This document shows positions 24,548 to 36,712 of a stretch of 64,000 nucleotides of DNA, one piece after another (within the stretch, counting starts at the first letter, position 1; every line of letters starts with the position of its first letter). Under the pieces are notes generated by a model. That model was not told the origin of the DNA and made no database searches. It was given only the letters and a program-made list of their open reading frames with translations. The translations under genes were made by a program, and so were the position numbers. Source of the stretch: Hamiltosporidium tvaerminnensis FI-OER-3-3 (lineage: Eukaryota; Fungi; Microsporidia); the NCBI GenBank assembly GCA_022605425.2, contig JAKIMF020000013.1, forward strand, positions 310,001 to 374,000. The letters are read 5' to 3'.

Positions 24548-27301
24548 TCAAAAAATCTCATAATTTAAGAAAGCATCTTCGTCATACGAAAACGCAGTAA
24601 TAAATGAATCAGGTCGATATTTTTCTACCATTTCTAATATTTTGAAATATTTATTTCTAACTCTTTTGGCGGGGTGGAATAATCCCTGAACTAAATATTG
24701 TATTAAAATTAGAGGATCCATTTTCAAGCAGAAAACTTCCATACATTGAAAAAAAATATCTTCTAAATAAACAGAAGTTTCAAATATATTTGGAAATACG
24801 TAATTAAAAAGATGGATTAATAAATCTTGGTTTATATTTGGTGATTTACAGCTCAAAACAATGCTTTTGACACATATCATTCCTAACTGTCGATGTACAA
24901 TATCTTTTTCTGAAAGACTATCTTCAATAATATTTATTAAACATGGTATATAATCTCTTCCTTTGATATTTACTCTCCCAAATATCATTGAAATAGACTT
25001 TAAAATTCCATGTTGGATTATACTTTCTGGAATAGAATAATCAGTTAAAAGAGTTGGTAAAACAGTAAATAAACCACAATAATCTGCTAAAATAGATATT
25101 GCAAGACAGGTTGTATTTCTTTGATTTCTATCCAATGTTTTTAAACTATTCATTAAAATATTTAATATATCTTGTGGGCCAATATTAATAGAAATATATC
25201 CTATGCATTCAGAAGCCAAAACTCTTATATTTTTACTTGGAGAATCTAAAATATCTATAATTCCATAAACGATTCTCAACCATTCTTTACTGTGTATATT
25301 TTCACATTCATTACTTTCTTCTTTACAAAGAAACTTTAATATTTTTAAAATATTTTCTTGTACATTTTTATTTCTATTTTTTATGAGAATTGTAAGATTT
25401 AAAACCAATTCTTTTGTATTCTGAATTTTCCTTTGACAAATTTTTAAAAGACAATTCAAAATTGATTCTAAAAAAATTTCAGAATTTTCATCTTTCAGAT
25501 TTTCTATTAGTAAGCTATAAAGTAAAAGTATATCATCTTTCTCTAAAAATGCAATTATTTTTGAAACTTTTTGTGTTCCGTATATTTTTATTTGGTAATC
25601 TCTCTGAATAAATTCAGATATGAATATTTCAAAGAATTTTTTTATCCAAACGTATTGATAATTCGATTTTTTAATTAAAATTTCAAGATTTTTAATTGTA
25701 AAAATATCATTTTTAGACAAAGAAAAATTTAAACAATCAAAATAATCATTCATCTGGACATCCCCAATATATAAATCATCTATTTTCACAATAACTTTAC
25801 TAATTAGATTCCTTACAACTTCACTTTCGTTCCTGTACATTTCAAAAACAATATTTATATTTTTAGGATTTTTTAATACCTTTTCCGATAAAAGTTGCAA
25901 ATTCTTAATTTTTTTTGTCGTCAAAATCAGTTTAAAATGCTTTTGTAAAAAATAAAACGAATCTTCTTTTTCTATAATTAAACAAATTTTTCTGTAAATT
26001 TCTAAACATTTTTCAAAATAAAATCGTTTATAAATTAATTTATTAATTCTAAAAAAAATTTCAATTTTAAAGTTTTCAATTTCAAATTTCTCTCTAAATG
26101 TTGCTAAAACATTTAAATAATTTACAAATACCTTAGTAGACACATTATGACATTCTCTAAAAATATAATCTATAATATCTAAGAATATATCTGAATCAGT
26201 TGACTTATAAATAGCCAAATTTAAAATTTCACATCCTTTTACTTTTAAAAATTCATTTTCCTTTTTAAGTAATTTTAAAATTACTTTTACTAAAAATTTA
26301 AAATCAATATTTCTATGTTTTAATGTATATTGTACAAAAATCTCAGCAAGTAATTCATTGGCTTTATTATATTTACTTTTATTTAGAGATTTGAAAAATA
26401 AAGTTAAAGATTTCAAGTCATAAAAATTTATCATTAAATAAATTATAAATGAAATATTTTTTGTGTAAATTTCATTTTTACATTTTATTTCATCTTCAAA
26501 TAGTAAAAGAACAAAATTGTGATCGTGTTTCGTAAAAATTAAATAAAATATTTCAATACAAATTTTATGAAGTCTGAAATATTTTCCTAAAATAAAAGTT
26601 GCCATAATTATCATAAAATCCTTAAGAAAAAAACATTCATCAGAATATTCTATTAAAATCTTTGAAAATTCTAAATATTTCAATTTTTCAATATCATTTA
26701 ATAAAGAAGATATCAAAATTGAAGTGATTTTTTCATATAGAAATTTGTTTTTACCATAAATTTTTAGAAGTTTTTTTTTCGCATTTTTTACTTCTTTTTT
26801 TTCTCCGTTTTTTAAACAAATCAAATTTTTTAAAATTTCTATTTCAAAACTTTCACTACCAATGTTTAATATAAGTTGATTAAACAATTGATAATCTTCG
26901 GCTTTATAACAAGGAAGTTCTAAATCAGTTATAAAATTTTCTTCTTTTTTATTATCCAAATACCATAAAGGCGGTTCCAACACTTTAAATATATCTCTCG
27001 GTACAATTTTTATTATTTCTTTTAAATTAAATTCTACATTTTCTTTAATAAAAAATTTATCCGAATTTGGTTTCAAATCCCATTTCGAAGATAAACCATA
27101 CGAACAAATAGTATCAAAATTACCGTTTTTTATTCTACCAACAGGTGTCTGATCCCACATCATTCTCTTTGTTTGTGTTGTAGTTCTAGGTGTTTGTGAT
27201 ATTTTCTCAACCACCCCTACTTCTTCCACCTCGTCTTCCCACTCACTTTTAGTATCTTTTTTCTTTACTTTTATTAAAAATTCTGACTTACCATTCTTCA
27301 T
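24548..27301 (-). CDS. SF3B1: Splicing factor 3B subunit 1 (SF3b155/Hsh155), HEAT-repeat U2 snRNP protein
   Basis: N-terminal W[D/E] ULM-like motifs (SEWED, MWDQTP, SKWD). Conserved C-terminal blocks EWLRI, IGPQDIL, FTVLPTLLTDY, QHGILKS, DIVHRQ and QGLFHPAKRVR. The start is placed at the ATG following the CCC motif (27301); the ORF extends to 27331. Confidence 0.95.
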   Translation of the reverse strand: MKNGKSEFLIKVKKKDTKSEWEDEVEEVGVVEKISQTPRTTTQTKRMMWDQTPVGRIKNGNFDTICSYGLSSKWDLKPNSDKFFIKENVEFNLKEIIKIVPRDIFKVLEPPLWYLDNKKEENFITDLELPCYKAEDYQLFNQLILNIGSESFEIEILKNLICLKNGEKKEVKNAKKKLLKIYGKNKFLYEKITSILISSLLNDIEKLKYLEFSKILIEYSDECFFLKDFMIIMATFILGKYFRLHKICIEIFYLIFTKHDHNFVLLLFEDEIKCKNEIYTKNISFIIYLMINFYDLKSLTLFFKSLNKSKYNKANELLAEIFVQYTLKHRNIDFKFLVKVILKLLKKENEFLKVKGCEILNLAIYKSTDSDIFLDIIDYIFRECHNVSTKVFVNYLNVLATFREKFEIENFKIEIFFRINKLIYKRFYFEKCLEIYRKICLIIEKEDSFYFLQKHFKLILTTKKIKNLQLLSEKVLKNPKNINIVFEMYRNESEVVRNLISKVIVKIDDLYIGDVQMNDYFDCLNFSLSKNDIFTIKNLEILIKKSNYQYVWIKKFFEIFISEFIQRDYQIKIYGTQKVSKIIAFLEKDDILLLYSLLIENLKDENSEIFLESILNCLLKICQRKIQNTKELVLNLTILIKNRNKNVQENILKILKFLCKEESNECENIHSKEWLRIVYGIIDILDSPSKNIRVLASECIGYISINIGPQDILNILMNSLKTLDRNQRNTTCLAISILADYCGLFTVLPTLLTDYSIPESIIQHGILKSISMIFGRVNIKGRDYIPCLINIIEDSLSEKDIVHRQLGMICVKSIVLSCKSPNINQDLLIHLFNYVFPNIFETSVYLEDIFFQCMEVFCLKMDPLILIQYLVQGLFHPAKRVRNKYFKILEMVEKYRPDSFITAFSYDEDAFLNYEIF

Positions 27302-27489
27302 TTGTATTAAAGGGTGCTTGAATCTTGCCATAATTTAGTATAAATATAATCTCATAAAAAACTTCTAATAAATAAAATATTCATTATAAAAAAATATCAG
27401 TTTAATAATTATAAATCTTTTAATTTATTTTAAATTTACATCTGAGTTATAAAATATTTTTTTTATAAAATATTTACAGTTTTCTATAA

Positions 27490-27966
27490 ACATAAATGAA
27501 GAGTTGGAGTTAGAAGAAGAAGAAATGGTGGTTAAAGAGATAGAAGAAAATTATAAAATATGAAAATTATTTTAATCCAGAAATTTATTAAATAAAACTG
27601 TTTTAAAATGATTTTTTTATAATAAATTTGTATTTGGAATTTCAAAATTATTATAAATGTAATTTTGATAGAAAAAAAACCCTTCTTCCTATAAAAAAAG
27701 ATACTTCAATGCAAGAATCTATTGATAATTCAAATAAAAAAGCGAGAATTTTAGGTATTTTGGAATTTTTAAATGATTTAAATGAAGAAAGAAATATATA
27801 TTATATTTATGGAGCTATTGTAAGAAAAAGATCAGATGTATTTTCTATGAAAGTATTTGATGACTTTGATTTATTAACTCAACAAATTGATAAATTTAAA
27901 TCTGAAAATAAAGAAAATCGTTTGTTTTTTGAGTCATTGAAAAGAAAAAAATGTATTTCGTGGTAG
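27490..27966 (+). CDS. Small protein divergent from SF3B1, possibly prefoldin-beta-like; 5' part broken by apparent indels
   Basis: ORF 27628-27966 (LEFLNDLNEERNIYYIYGAIV resembles the prefoldin beta-hairpin). Upstream acidic coding-like sequence (EELELEEEEMVVKEIEE) lies in another frame. Confidence 0.4.
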
Positions 27967-28044
27967 AAAATAAATTGCAATATTTTTCTAGTTTCTATAC
28001 GTTTAAATATTAAAGTAAGTGTATATATGAGCGGTTTATGGTTT

Positions 28045-28385
28045 AGTAAATGGGTTTTATAATTTATATAAAGGGGTATATTTTTAATTTGAAAGTATAT
28101 TAACTAAAGGGTTTTATTATTAGATTTATTAAAAGGTGTTAATAACAGTATAGTTATTATAAGGGGTGTTAATGTACAGATTTTTAGATTAAAGATTGTT
28201 ATTATATAGCTGGTAATTAAAAGGGTGTCGAGCTAGTTTGTATTATATTAAAGGGTGTTAAAATATGAAGTAGGGATTAAAGGATGTCATTAAATTGATT
28301 TAGTAGGTTAATAGGTTGTTGATATAGAGAGTATTAAGTTAAAAGGTGTTTTTAAAATCTTAATTAAAGAAGAAGATGTTATTAG
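28045..28385 (+). repeat. Phased motif array: (TT)AAAGGGTGTT every ~30 bp with non-identical spacers
   Basis: Motif variants start at ~28131, 28161, 28191, 28220, 28250, 28279, 28311, 28341 and 28371, with weaker ones at ~28048, 28070 and 28105. Confidence 0.8.
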
Positions 28386-28499
28386 AGTGTATAATAGTCT
28401 AATCGTGTTTACTAGCTACAAGTATACTTTAGATGCGTTATTAATTTTATCTTTAATTTATCTCTTGTTATTCCTTTTCTAAAAATTCGGCAATAATTT

Positions 28500-29600
28500 T
28501 GAATGGGGCTCTAAGCAGCTCATTCAGCATAAGATTTTAGTTGAATTTACAAACCGGTGACTTCTCAAAATGCAATATCTTTAAAATTCGGGAATGAGCT
28601 AACTTCTCCAAAGATGTTAACCTAAATATATGACTAATATACAATGACACATAAAAAAGTCAATTAAGGGCTTGAGCGTAAATAACAAAGTTTATGAGGA
28701 AATTGAAGTTATTTTAAAATAACCTTAATTCTTTTGTCTGGTCTATTCGATAAACTTGCCAGTTAGCCAACGTTAAAGCCCGGGTGATGAAGCAAATGTA
28801 TGACTCGGATTTTCATTTTCTTGGCTTTAAAGAAATTGACACCAAAAACAATAATTTGAGTTTTACTACAAAAAGATGCATCTGCTAGACTTTTAGCAAA
28901 AAAAATTATAGATATTTTAAACAGATAGATAGATTAAAGATAAGTACAATTTATCACATTTCTGGTAACCTTTGATATGCTAACACGGCTAAAGCAAATG
29001 AATCGATTTTTTTTCAAAATTTTCCCTGTAAATTACAAAAATTTAAACGATATTAGTTGAAAAGTACGAATTGGAATACCAGCGAAAACACATAAGCTCA
29101 TCGATATCATTATAAATGGAAATGAAATTGTCACTTAGCTAACAAATTTTTCGAATTTACCTGATTTGCCAGATATTCTGCTTCAAATTTTCATATTAAA
29201 TTTGGGCTATCTACCATTTTCTCCGAAACATACTTTCATAAAAACTTTGTAACGGCGCGAGACTTTTTGCAGGAAAAGCTTAAAGAAATGTCATCAAAAC
29301 CACAATGTGAAATGGAAAATCTAAAGAGTAATATATTCGGTTTCTACGCCCTTTAACGGTTCATCGATTTTACCATTTAGTTTAAAGGTTTATACTCCTC
29401 GTATCACTTAAATTTGCAATTGCAATAAAAGAATCACAATCTAATCGGTGCAAGTTTGTGGCATAGATTTAGAGAAACCGTGCTTCTCATATGGGCAACT
29501 GCTATAACTCTACTAGTGGGCTTATGTTCTAATTTCTTGATATACACCCAGATAAAAAACCCGAAAAGCATTGCATATCCGAAAATCTGTGATTAAATTG
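28500..29600 (+). mobile_element. Degenerate Helitron Rep/helicase (PIF1-like helicase) relic
   Basis: Frameshifted remnants in the expected order: AAHSA (~28515), TMTHKK (~28650), KLCNGARL (~29242), QVCGIDLEKPCFSYGQL (~29451) and KSIAYPKI (~29565). Confidence 0.8.
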
Positions 29601-29984
29601 ATTAAAAGCATTAAAAAATAAATTTTAATGTATTGTTTTATTTTAGTTTCCTTGAATTCCTTTTTCTATATTATAGCAAAGAGCAGCAAGCAAGACTAGG
29701 TCATAAACTCAGAAAAGAATGCGAATAATTCTTGGAAAAATACAGAAATAATATAATTCATAATTAAATGAAATAAATGTCAACTGAAATAATAAATTTT
29801 GTGTTAGAATAACAAAAATCGGGTATATTATATTCTTTTATAATAATTTATGAAATATAAAAGGAATAAGCTAGAATATATTTAAGTTTTTTAAATAATT
29901 TCATGTAAAAAAATGCAAATATTCTTTGAAATATTTCATATCGAATATGAAGAAAACTTATTATTATTTATACGAACAGTCGGT

Positions 29985-30675
29985 TCAAACTTTATTTAAA
30001 AGTATCACATCTTTTTAAAATAGTAACAAGTGTTATATTTGTTTTCATGACATTAGCGCAGTTCTAGGTTTAACATTAATAACTTCTCCCCTTACACTCC
30101 ATCAGTACTCTCTTTTATACTTATATTCCAAAGCCGCTCATCCAGAAAGTGTGTAGAACCCCATAAAGGCACAAGGTGTTACCGAAGTTTATTAATTCTC
30201 GTTGCATGAAGTGTAATGTAGATTGAAACTCGCCTCGAGCCCCTTTCACAAAGACTTTGCAGCATTTCCATCTACTTTACACTTTCCAAACCGGATAAAT
30301 TTCTCGCGAAGATAAATCCTGTCGACTTGTATGAGACCTACTTAGACAGAGCAATGTCATAGCACAGGTATAACCCGCGATTAGTATTTATGACTGTTTA
30401 AAAAGTATTTTTTATTTTTATCTTCAGATTGCAAATGCCTTCTAAAAATGTAACCAAGGCTAGGTTTCAGTGCTTTTACATAGCAGTTATTCCCAGTTTC
30501 AATCATGGATCAATCTAGATACTTAAAGAGATATAAAAGAAGAAGGTTTTTGGGAAATAGCATTTATATAACTTGGGTTGGTTTGATTTATTTGGTTGAT
30601 TTCTTTCTTTTGCTTTTCGTAACTTCTCGATATATATTTTTGATTTAAGTTCTATAGCATTCGAAAACCGAGGTT
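29985..30675 (-). repeat. Family A ~700-bp element, diverged copy 3
   Basis: The + strand sequence AGTATCACATCTTTTTAAAA..ATTTGTTTTCATGACATTAGCGCAGTTCTAGGTTTAACAT is the reverse complement of the family A 3' end. Internal blocks are collinear. Confidence 0.85.
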
Positions 30676-33600
30676 AAATCTTTTTGTGAGTGGAATCAGT
30701 TAGAAAAACTCGGTTTAAAAATTTTGATTTAATTAAAAAACATAATAAATTGATGGAGTAAAGTTGGAAAAAAAGTATCAACATAAAAGTATCATAAAAT
30801 ATACTTGATATTGTTTGTACCAAATGATTTTATTTTAAAAACTTAAAATGTCTGAGATTATTATGGGAATTTCGTTTTGTAGTCTTATATCAATATATTT
30901 CTATTTGATAACAATGTTATGGAAAATATTTACAGACAAATAACAAATATATGAAATATTTTGGGAAACTACTCCCTCGGTTGCTTTTAGCATTTTATCT
31001 CCTTTTAAAAGTTTATAGTAGTTGAAATTTATCCTTTATGCTTTACTATATAAACGGCGTGATAAAATATTTCAAGTAATCCAACCTTATTCCTCAAATA
31101 TATGTATCAGTGTGTTTATGCATCCTCTTCGATCCCTAAAGGTTTGAAACTTAATGGCAAAACTTTGGTATGTAATTTCTCACTTTCTACATTGTATATT
31201 TCCTTTGGCTATAAAACGCATAGCATAATCACCAGAAGGAAGTATTTGATTAATCTCGAAGTGTTTTTCATGATATAAAAAATTAAATTTGATCTTAAAA
31301 CAAAATTTATGGTCATAAAAACGTCGCAAATATTTTTTAAGTTCATTTAAAGGTGAAAACCTAATCGTAAAGACAACTATATAGAACTTAACATATCAAA
31401 TAAATTAGTGTTATACCATGATAAGAAAGATAAAGAAAATACTTGTGTTACACAATAAAATATAAAGAATGCTTTACTGTTTAATAGTTCCAACATGTTT
31501 GGAAATATTATTTGTAACAACATGATATGTTTTTGAGAATAAAAATTTCGCTGAAACTTTAGTATATTAAATTTTAACTTGCCTAAAGCAATGTTTTGCT
31601 TATTGTTAAGATATCTCGGTATATAAAAATGATGAATTAGTGAAATAAATAGAATATACAATTTGGTTATTTTGAGTTTAATGTTAATGTAAATATTCTG
31701 TTAGTGAAAAACAAGAGCATACCTGATTGAACATGCTTGTAAATTTTTAACCAAAAATATGGAGCCAATATGGTCGAAGAATATTTCTATAATAATCTGT
31801 TGTTTTTTATCGCATTCTTTCAGGAAGTCGAAAATAATTCTTGATATATTTAAGAAAAAGCTGCTAAAATGAAATCTATTGTTTTGCTTCATGAAACTAA
31901 CAACTATTCATAAAATATATTCTAAGCTATTAAATATTTATGTTAAAGAAGTCGATTTCAAATACGTTTTCACTTTCATAATTTCTCATCTAAAATGAAT
32001 CTTTAGTGATATTTTGATAAATGAATAATCACATATAATCAATAAGATTTTGGTTAAGGTGTAAAAAATAAAAGCATTTTCTTGACTAAAACCAAAAAAC
32101 CAGTATTTAGGACAGAGAATAAATTTTAAAATGAGATATTAACGCAAATAAACCATACAAATTATACTATACCAAAGATATTAACAGTATTGAACTTGGG
32201 CTAACTTATCCTGATATACCTTGAAAATATAATCTGCAATTTTTTTATAAAAAAACGAATAGAACGCTTTTAAAGCATAATGTGTGTTTTGATCGAATTA
32301 GATAAAACTATTAATCTGAAATAAAATTTCTAAATGTTAAAGAAGAGTGTTTTTAAATAAAATGGTTTATGTTTTTTATGTTGTTATTTATAATATAAAA
32401 GCGAATACCAACCATTTAAAAAGACCGAATACTTGTAAATTTTGCAATTAATATTTCATATTTCCATTTAAATATAGCCGTGATATTCCATATAAACTGG
32501 ATTATCGATCTGAAAATATAAACGAATATTCCGATTCATTTAAAATATGTGAACTATAATGTAGAATCACTACAAAAAAGGATTGGATAATGTTGATATT
32601 TCCATGTGTGTAGCCAGACTAATATTATAAGAATATTTAAAAATCTTCAGTTACAAACTAATTATTTTTTATTATCTCTATTTAAATAGGCCTATTAAAA
32701 CATATATCTGAGGATAGAAGCTTTTTGAGTAAACTAGTGATATGAAAACTAGTACCATAGAGTCAACCAACGGTTTATATTCTCGTTCTTCGTCATTCGG
32801 GACATAAATTTTTTCGGCATAAAGCATCGAAATTTTTCAAATCTATATGAAGATTTATTTGTCTTATACTTAATAAATGTGAGTTTATTTTAGGAAAACT
32901 AGAATAGAACGCTATACGGCATAATACGCTCTACCATTAAATTATAATTCCTTGCGTTTTTAATCAAATATATGAGTTTGCAAGTTTAAAATTTTCCAAA
33001 TAAATGAAGGACACTTACAGAAAACAGAAACAGTCAGTCATAAAATAATTTTATAATTTTGAAATATAAATATAGTTAATAATATACTCTAGACTTCAAA
33101 TACAATCGAATGTCTCTTGAAAATCCGATATGGTCTTCACGCATTTTAGTAAAAAACGGACAGAAAAAAGCCTTTAAGTCTCATGAAAATTTAAAACACA
33201 CTTCTATATCTTATGAGTTACACAATAGAATTTTAAAAAACCCAAAACTTTTAGAATAAGTTTTTGTTTGATATAAATTTAAAGTCTCCAACTTTAAAAT
33301 ACATTTATAAATTATATAATAACATATTCAGAAAGAATACTTAACCGAAACCTACACAATAAAATAATTTATATCTTAAAATTCTATCTTAAATACTTAA
33401 TATTACAACCATAAATCAATAACGCAATTATCTAAAATCCTCCAAAGAGATTTAGTAATTTAATAATCAGAAAATATGAAGAACGAAACTTTTGATTTCA
33501 AAAATTGGTTATATACTTTTTATAAAAAAGATAAAATAAAAATAATCTAGAAATTAAAAAAAAAAATGGAAAATTTATCAATGAATAAAGAGCTCATAAT

Positions 33601-34759
33601 ATTTTATTTCTTATAATTTGCAAAACCATTTTTCTAGATTTTGTTAAGTATATTTTTCTAGATTTTGTTAAGTATATTTTCATCTAAAATTAGCATTGTA
33701 TAATTATTCCTAAAATTTTAATGCCCACAATAAATTGATAAAAATATTTAATGACTTAAATTTATTTCTTCTCATTTCCACACAACAATCTAATTTTAAA
33801 AATAATTATTTTTTGGATTAAATCTTTTGATCTGTTTTTTTGATCAAAATTTTGAAACATGATATTTTATAATTTAATATCAAAACTTTAATCACTGATT
33901 AAACAAAGTATCAACAAAAATCTAATATAACTTTTAGTTAAAGTTTTAAATTATAAAATAAGTGAAGTTTGTAAAATCAAAGCAAATAAAAATAAACATT
34001 GGTCTTTATAACACGTATTTCTGGTTATTTCAAAAAATTAAAAATCACTTTTAAAATTAAAAAAACTCAATAAAATTTTTTACAAAAACCGAAAATAAAA
34101 TATTTTCATTCTCACAAATATGAAATAATTATGTAAAATAATTTGATAAAATGTAAGCAACAAAAAATGGTACTGATGATAGTTGCAAAATGACCAAAAG
34201 ATGGATAATTTTTTAAGTGTTCAAAAGAAAGCAAATTACAGTTAACAAAAACAAAATTGAAAAAAAATTACAATATTTTTTCATTATTGTGTAAAAAACT
34301 TTTTTTCGCTCAAATATATATAATTTTTTTGAAAATACATTATCTTAAAGAAATTATATTTGAAAAATTTAAAAAAAATCTCAATATTTTTGATTATAAT
34401 TTGTTCTTCTTCTTTACGCCAAAATATTGTCTTACTATAATCTATGTTTAAAAAAAACAAATTTATTTTTCATGTTTTTATATTTAATATTGTCTTAATA
34501 TATTTACTTTCACTAAATAAATTCCACATTTTTCTTTCATTCGAATATGTTTAGATAATAAAATATCGATTTCCAAATTTATATTTAAAACTAAAAAATT
34601 GACTTTTTTTTCTTTCAAATTTATTTGTCTTTTTCTTAAATAATACATAGAGTTCACTACAAATCTATATTCAAAATTTTATTTTTCTTTCTCTTCATTT
34701 ACCAATCTTATAAACAAAAATTTTCTTTTTAAAAATATGGAAACACTAAAGCCCTATAA

Positions 34760-36712
34760 ATGGTCTCACAACAATACAATACTACACCATCATATGCATA
34801 CTTCTTAAAAACAGACACGCGCCAATCTCGTCAACGTGAAATATTGTTAATCTTGGATATCTTGACACATTTACATCATAAACATAAGCTATCTACACCT
34901 TCGTCTAAAGAAACATATTCTCCTTCACTTATCACTTCCTTCATGCATATAAATGACTCTTCATTATCTTATAAATTACATTTAATAAAATTAGCAATTT
35001 TAGATAAAAAAAATTTGGATAAATCAATTACCCTAAAAAGGCTTTGTTCAGAAAAAAACCATCATAATAGACTTACATTTCTTTTTATATTGGCTTTAAC
35101 GTCTAATCGTATTGATGTTGTATCGCTATTGCTTAAAGCTTCATTTCCCAATAATATTAATCAACGAATTTTGACACCTTCGTCTCATTTTCTTCCAACT
35201 TTTTATCATCTGGCGATTTCTATTAACAATACTGATCTTCTTTTATATCTTAATACACACCACAAACCTTCAAATACAACTAAACATACCACACATAATC
35301 TAACTCCGCTTCATTTTTCATCCTTAAATAATACTTTTGGAATAATTCTTCCTTCTACAAATACTCCGTATACTGTTATTACTTCAATGCAGTTTTTTCT
35401 TATAAATATGTATTTATCACCGTTTAATATAGAAAAAAGATTGACTCATCGTAGATATGATTCGTATGTATTCGATAATTATGAAAATACCGGTCATTTA
35501 TACAATCCAGATAATTTTCCGACCCCTGCAACGTGCATAAACAGTAATTTAAATTTTTCCAGAACAAAAATTTTAGGTGAAAATGATCATAAATCAGAGA
35601 CAAATATTTATATGGCGGAATCTTCTAGTATATCTCAAAATGTTTATGACTGGTATTCTACCTATAATTCTATTTCAATATCAAGTATGGGATTACCAAA
35701 TCTATCTAAACATTTAGCAAATTGGTTTTCAAATCCTTATCACAAATATTCTTCTTTTACTTCTTCCATCCCTTCATTTTCGTTGTATCCGTTAGATATA
35801 TTATGTATAAGAAGTAATTATATAAGTTTATCTTTATTTCTAAAAACGGAAGGTGCAATATGTGCAGTCAGTAAAATATGTTTTATGGTACATTGTGATA
35901 TAAATATAACTTTTCTATTAATTAAATACGGGGGTAACTGTAATCAACGTATATTTGGTATGACACCACTTCATATAGCATGTATGTGCGGTAATAGAGA
36001 ATTAGCATGTGTTTATATTGCTATGGGGGTAGATGTTAACAATGTAGATGATATAGGAAATACTGCTATGCACTATGCAGCTGTACGTGGTAATATAGGA
36101 TGTGTGGAGTATTTAATAGAGATGGGCGGAAGTATTACTATTAGAAATAAGAATGGTATCACAGTCTGTGATATAATGAAATGTAAATGTGAACACGTAA
36201 GTATAATAGGTAATGAAATTGATGAAGAAAATGGATCGAAAGAATTGAGTAATGAAGAGAAGAATAAAAAAAGTAATGAAATTGATGAGAAAAAAATAAT
36301 TGATAATAAAGAGTTTATTGAAGAAGAGAACGATAAAATATATATTAATAAAAAAGAAAAGATAAATAACGATAATGAACTAAAGAAAGAGGGGAATAAT
36401 AGAATATATATTGATAAAGAAGAAGATAAGAATAATATAGATGAATGTAAAGGCTGTTATAAGAAGAATGATAAAGAGGTCTATGGAATTGTGGATAAAA
36501 TTTTGTTTAGATTGAAAGAATTAAAGAAAGGTGAGAAGATAGCAAGCAGAATTAAACAAAAAGAGTGTTGGGTTTCTGAGCTGATAAAAGTTGAATTTGA
36601 ATCTTTTATAGGAAATGAGGAATGTAATAACGTTTTTAAGAAAATAATTAAAGGTAAACTTGGGAAAGGTCTTCTATATGAAAGTACTAAACGAGGATGT
36701 TTATTACCATAA
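34760..36712 (+). CDS. Ankyrin-repeat protein (650 aa)
   Basis: GMTPLHIACMCGNRELACVYIAMGVDVN and GNTAMHYAAVRGNIGCVEYLIEMGG are ankyrin repeats, with degenerate N-terminal repeats (LTPLHF). CCC motif before the ATG. Confidence 0.9.
   Translation: MVSQQYNTTPSYAYFLKTDTRQSRQREILLILDILTHLHHKHKLSTPSSKETYSPSLITSFMHINDSSLSYKLHLIKLAILDKKNLDKSITLKRLCSEKNHHNRLTFLFILALTSNRIDVVSLLLKASFPNNINQRILTPSSHFLPTFYHLAISINNTDLLLYLNTHHKPSNTTKHTTHNLTPLHFSSLNNTFGIILPSTNTPYTVITSMQFFLINMYLSPFNIEKRLTHRRYDSYVFDNYENTGHLYNPDNFPTPATCINSNLNFSRTKILGENDHKSETNIYMAESSSISQNVYDWYSTYNSISISSMGLPNLSKHLANWFSNPYHKYSSFTSSIPSFSLYPLDILCIRSNYISLSLFLKTEGAICAVSKICFMVHCDINITFLLIKYGGNCNQRIFGMTPLHIACMCGNRELACVYIAMGVDVNNVDDIGNTAMHYAAVRGNIGCVEYLIEMGGSITIRNKNGITVCDIMKCKCEHVSIIGNEIDEENGSKELSNEEKNKKSNEIDEKKIIDNKEFIEEENDKIYINKKEKINNDNELKKEGNNRIYIDKEEDKNNIDECKGCYKKNDKEVYGIVDKILFRLKELKKGEKIASRIKQKECWVSELIKVEFESFIGNEECNNVFKKIIKGKLGKGLLYESTKRGCLLP

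Noticed and set aside
28045-28385. CRISPR array interpretation of the motif-spacer pattern
   Set aside because: The repeat is only ~10-12 bp and degenerate, spacers are ~18 bp, there are no cas genes, and the context is eukaryotic.
31377-31892. Minus-strand ORF fragments that might be a decayed lineage-specific gene
   Set aside because: No recognisable motif, start context or homolog in the window, so it cannot be supported.
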